From Marsupella aquatica (lineage: Eukaryota; Plantae; Marchantiophyta): a DNA stretch of 64,000 nt. Under the pieces are notes generated by a model. That model searched no databases. It saw nothing but the letters and a program-made list of their open reading frames with translations, and was not told where the DNA came from. This document shows, one piece after another, positions 63,401 through 64,000 of the stretch. A program made the position numbers and the translations under genes. Every line of letters begins with the position of its first letter. Positions within the stretch are counted from its first letter, which is position 1. The DNA is taken from positions 28,941,611-29,005,610 of the forward strand of contig OZ316891.1 of assembly GCA_973895155.1 (NCBI GenBank), read 5' to 3'.

Positions 63401-64000
63401 ACATGGTCATAAGTGCAAAGAAATGCATGAGGTGCAAACTGGTATGTACTGAGGTATTTTGTACAAATTGTGAGTCAATGCCAATCGTAATCCACAAAAC
63501 TCTCATCTCCAGACCGAATCGTGCGAGTTGCATGCATGATAACATATCGTGTCACTCTACATGGTAGGCGAGGGTGTACCTATCGCACATACTCAACCCA
63601 CTCCGTATTGGGGCGATACCCACAATGACACGATCTAGTGATGCTATTGATGTACCCAGCCAGGTTCCCAGTCCTAGGCGGGAATCCATCAATACCATAG
63701 TGACTAAAGGTAGGGCACTATCGTGTCAAGATGCGCCAAGCAGCAGATGAGTACCGTGGCCCATAAACAGGAGGACAACCCTCTCGTGAGCCCTTTGGTA
63801 CTATGATGTCGGATAGGGCAAACAAGCCTAACCCAACCTCAAGACCAAGGAGAGAGGGAAGAACGACCCATGGCTGGTCCCAAACAAAGAATGGCTCTCC
63901 AACTTGGAATGCTCCACAGTCAGGATACCCAAAACTAGTGGGGAAGGAGTCCTTCACGACTTCAAGAGCTCTACCATGGAGCTCCTTGGCAGTCCTCAAA

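Overview
This is eukaryotic nuclear DNA from a land plant, most likely a moss (bryophyte), judging by the PPR-DYW sequence style and the transposon families. Three genes look intact, all on the minus strand: an orphan hydrophilic His/Arg/Glu/Tyr-rich protein (20201-21091), a PLS-class PPR protein with E1-E2-DYW:PG deaminase domains, i.e. an organellar C-to-U RNA editing factor (25160-27517), and a six-exon FatB-like acyl-ACP thioesterase (41090-44064). The PPR gene lies among decayed same-strand PPR copies and is followed by a TPR relic and an intronless, fungal-looking PhzF-family pseudogene (a horizontal-transfer candidate). Next is a TIR- and TSD-bounded Mutator-like element whose second, convergent ORF encodes an RNase H1-type RNA:DNA hybrid-binding (Cauli_VI) domain. 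The remainder is TE debris: two CRE-like RLE non-LTR remnants, Gypsy integrase fragments, a CACTA fragment, MULE ends, a head-to-head inverted pair of Copia-like LTRs, a fold-back element, a tRNA-Gly-like sequence and many minisatellites. No CRISPR array, rRNA or intact tRNA was seen. All calls come from reading the sequence by eye; no searches were run.
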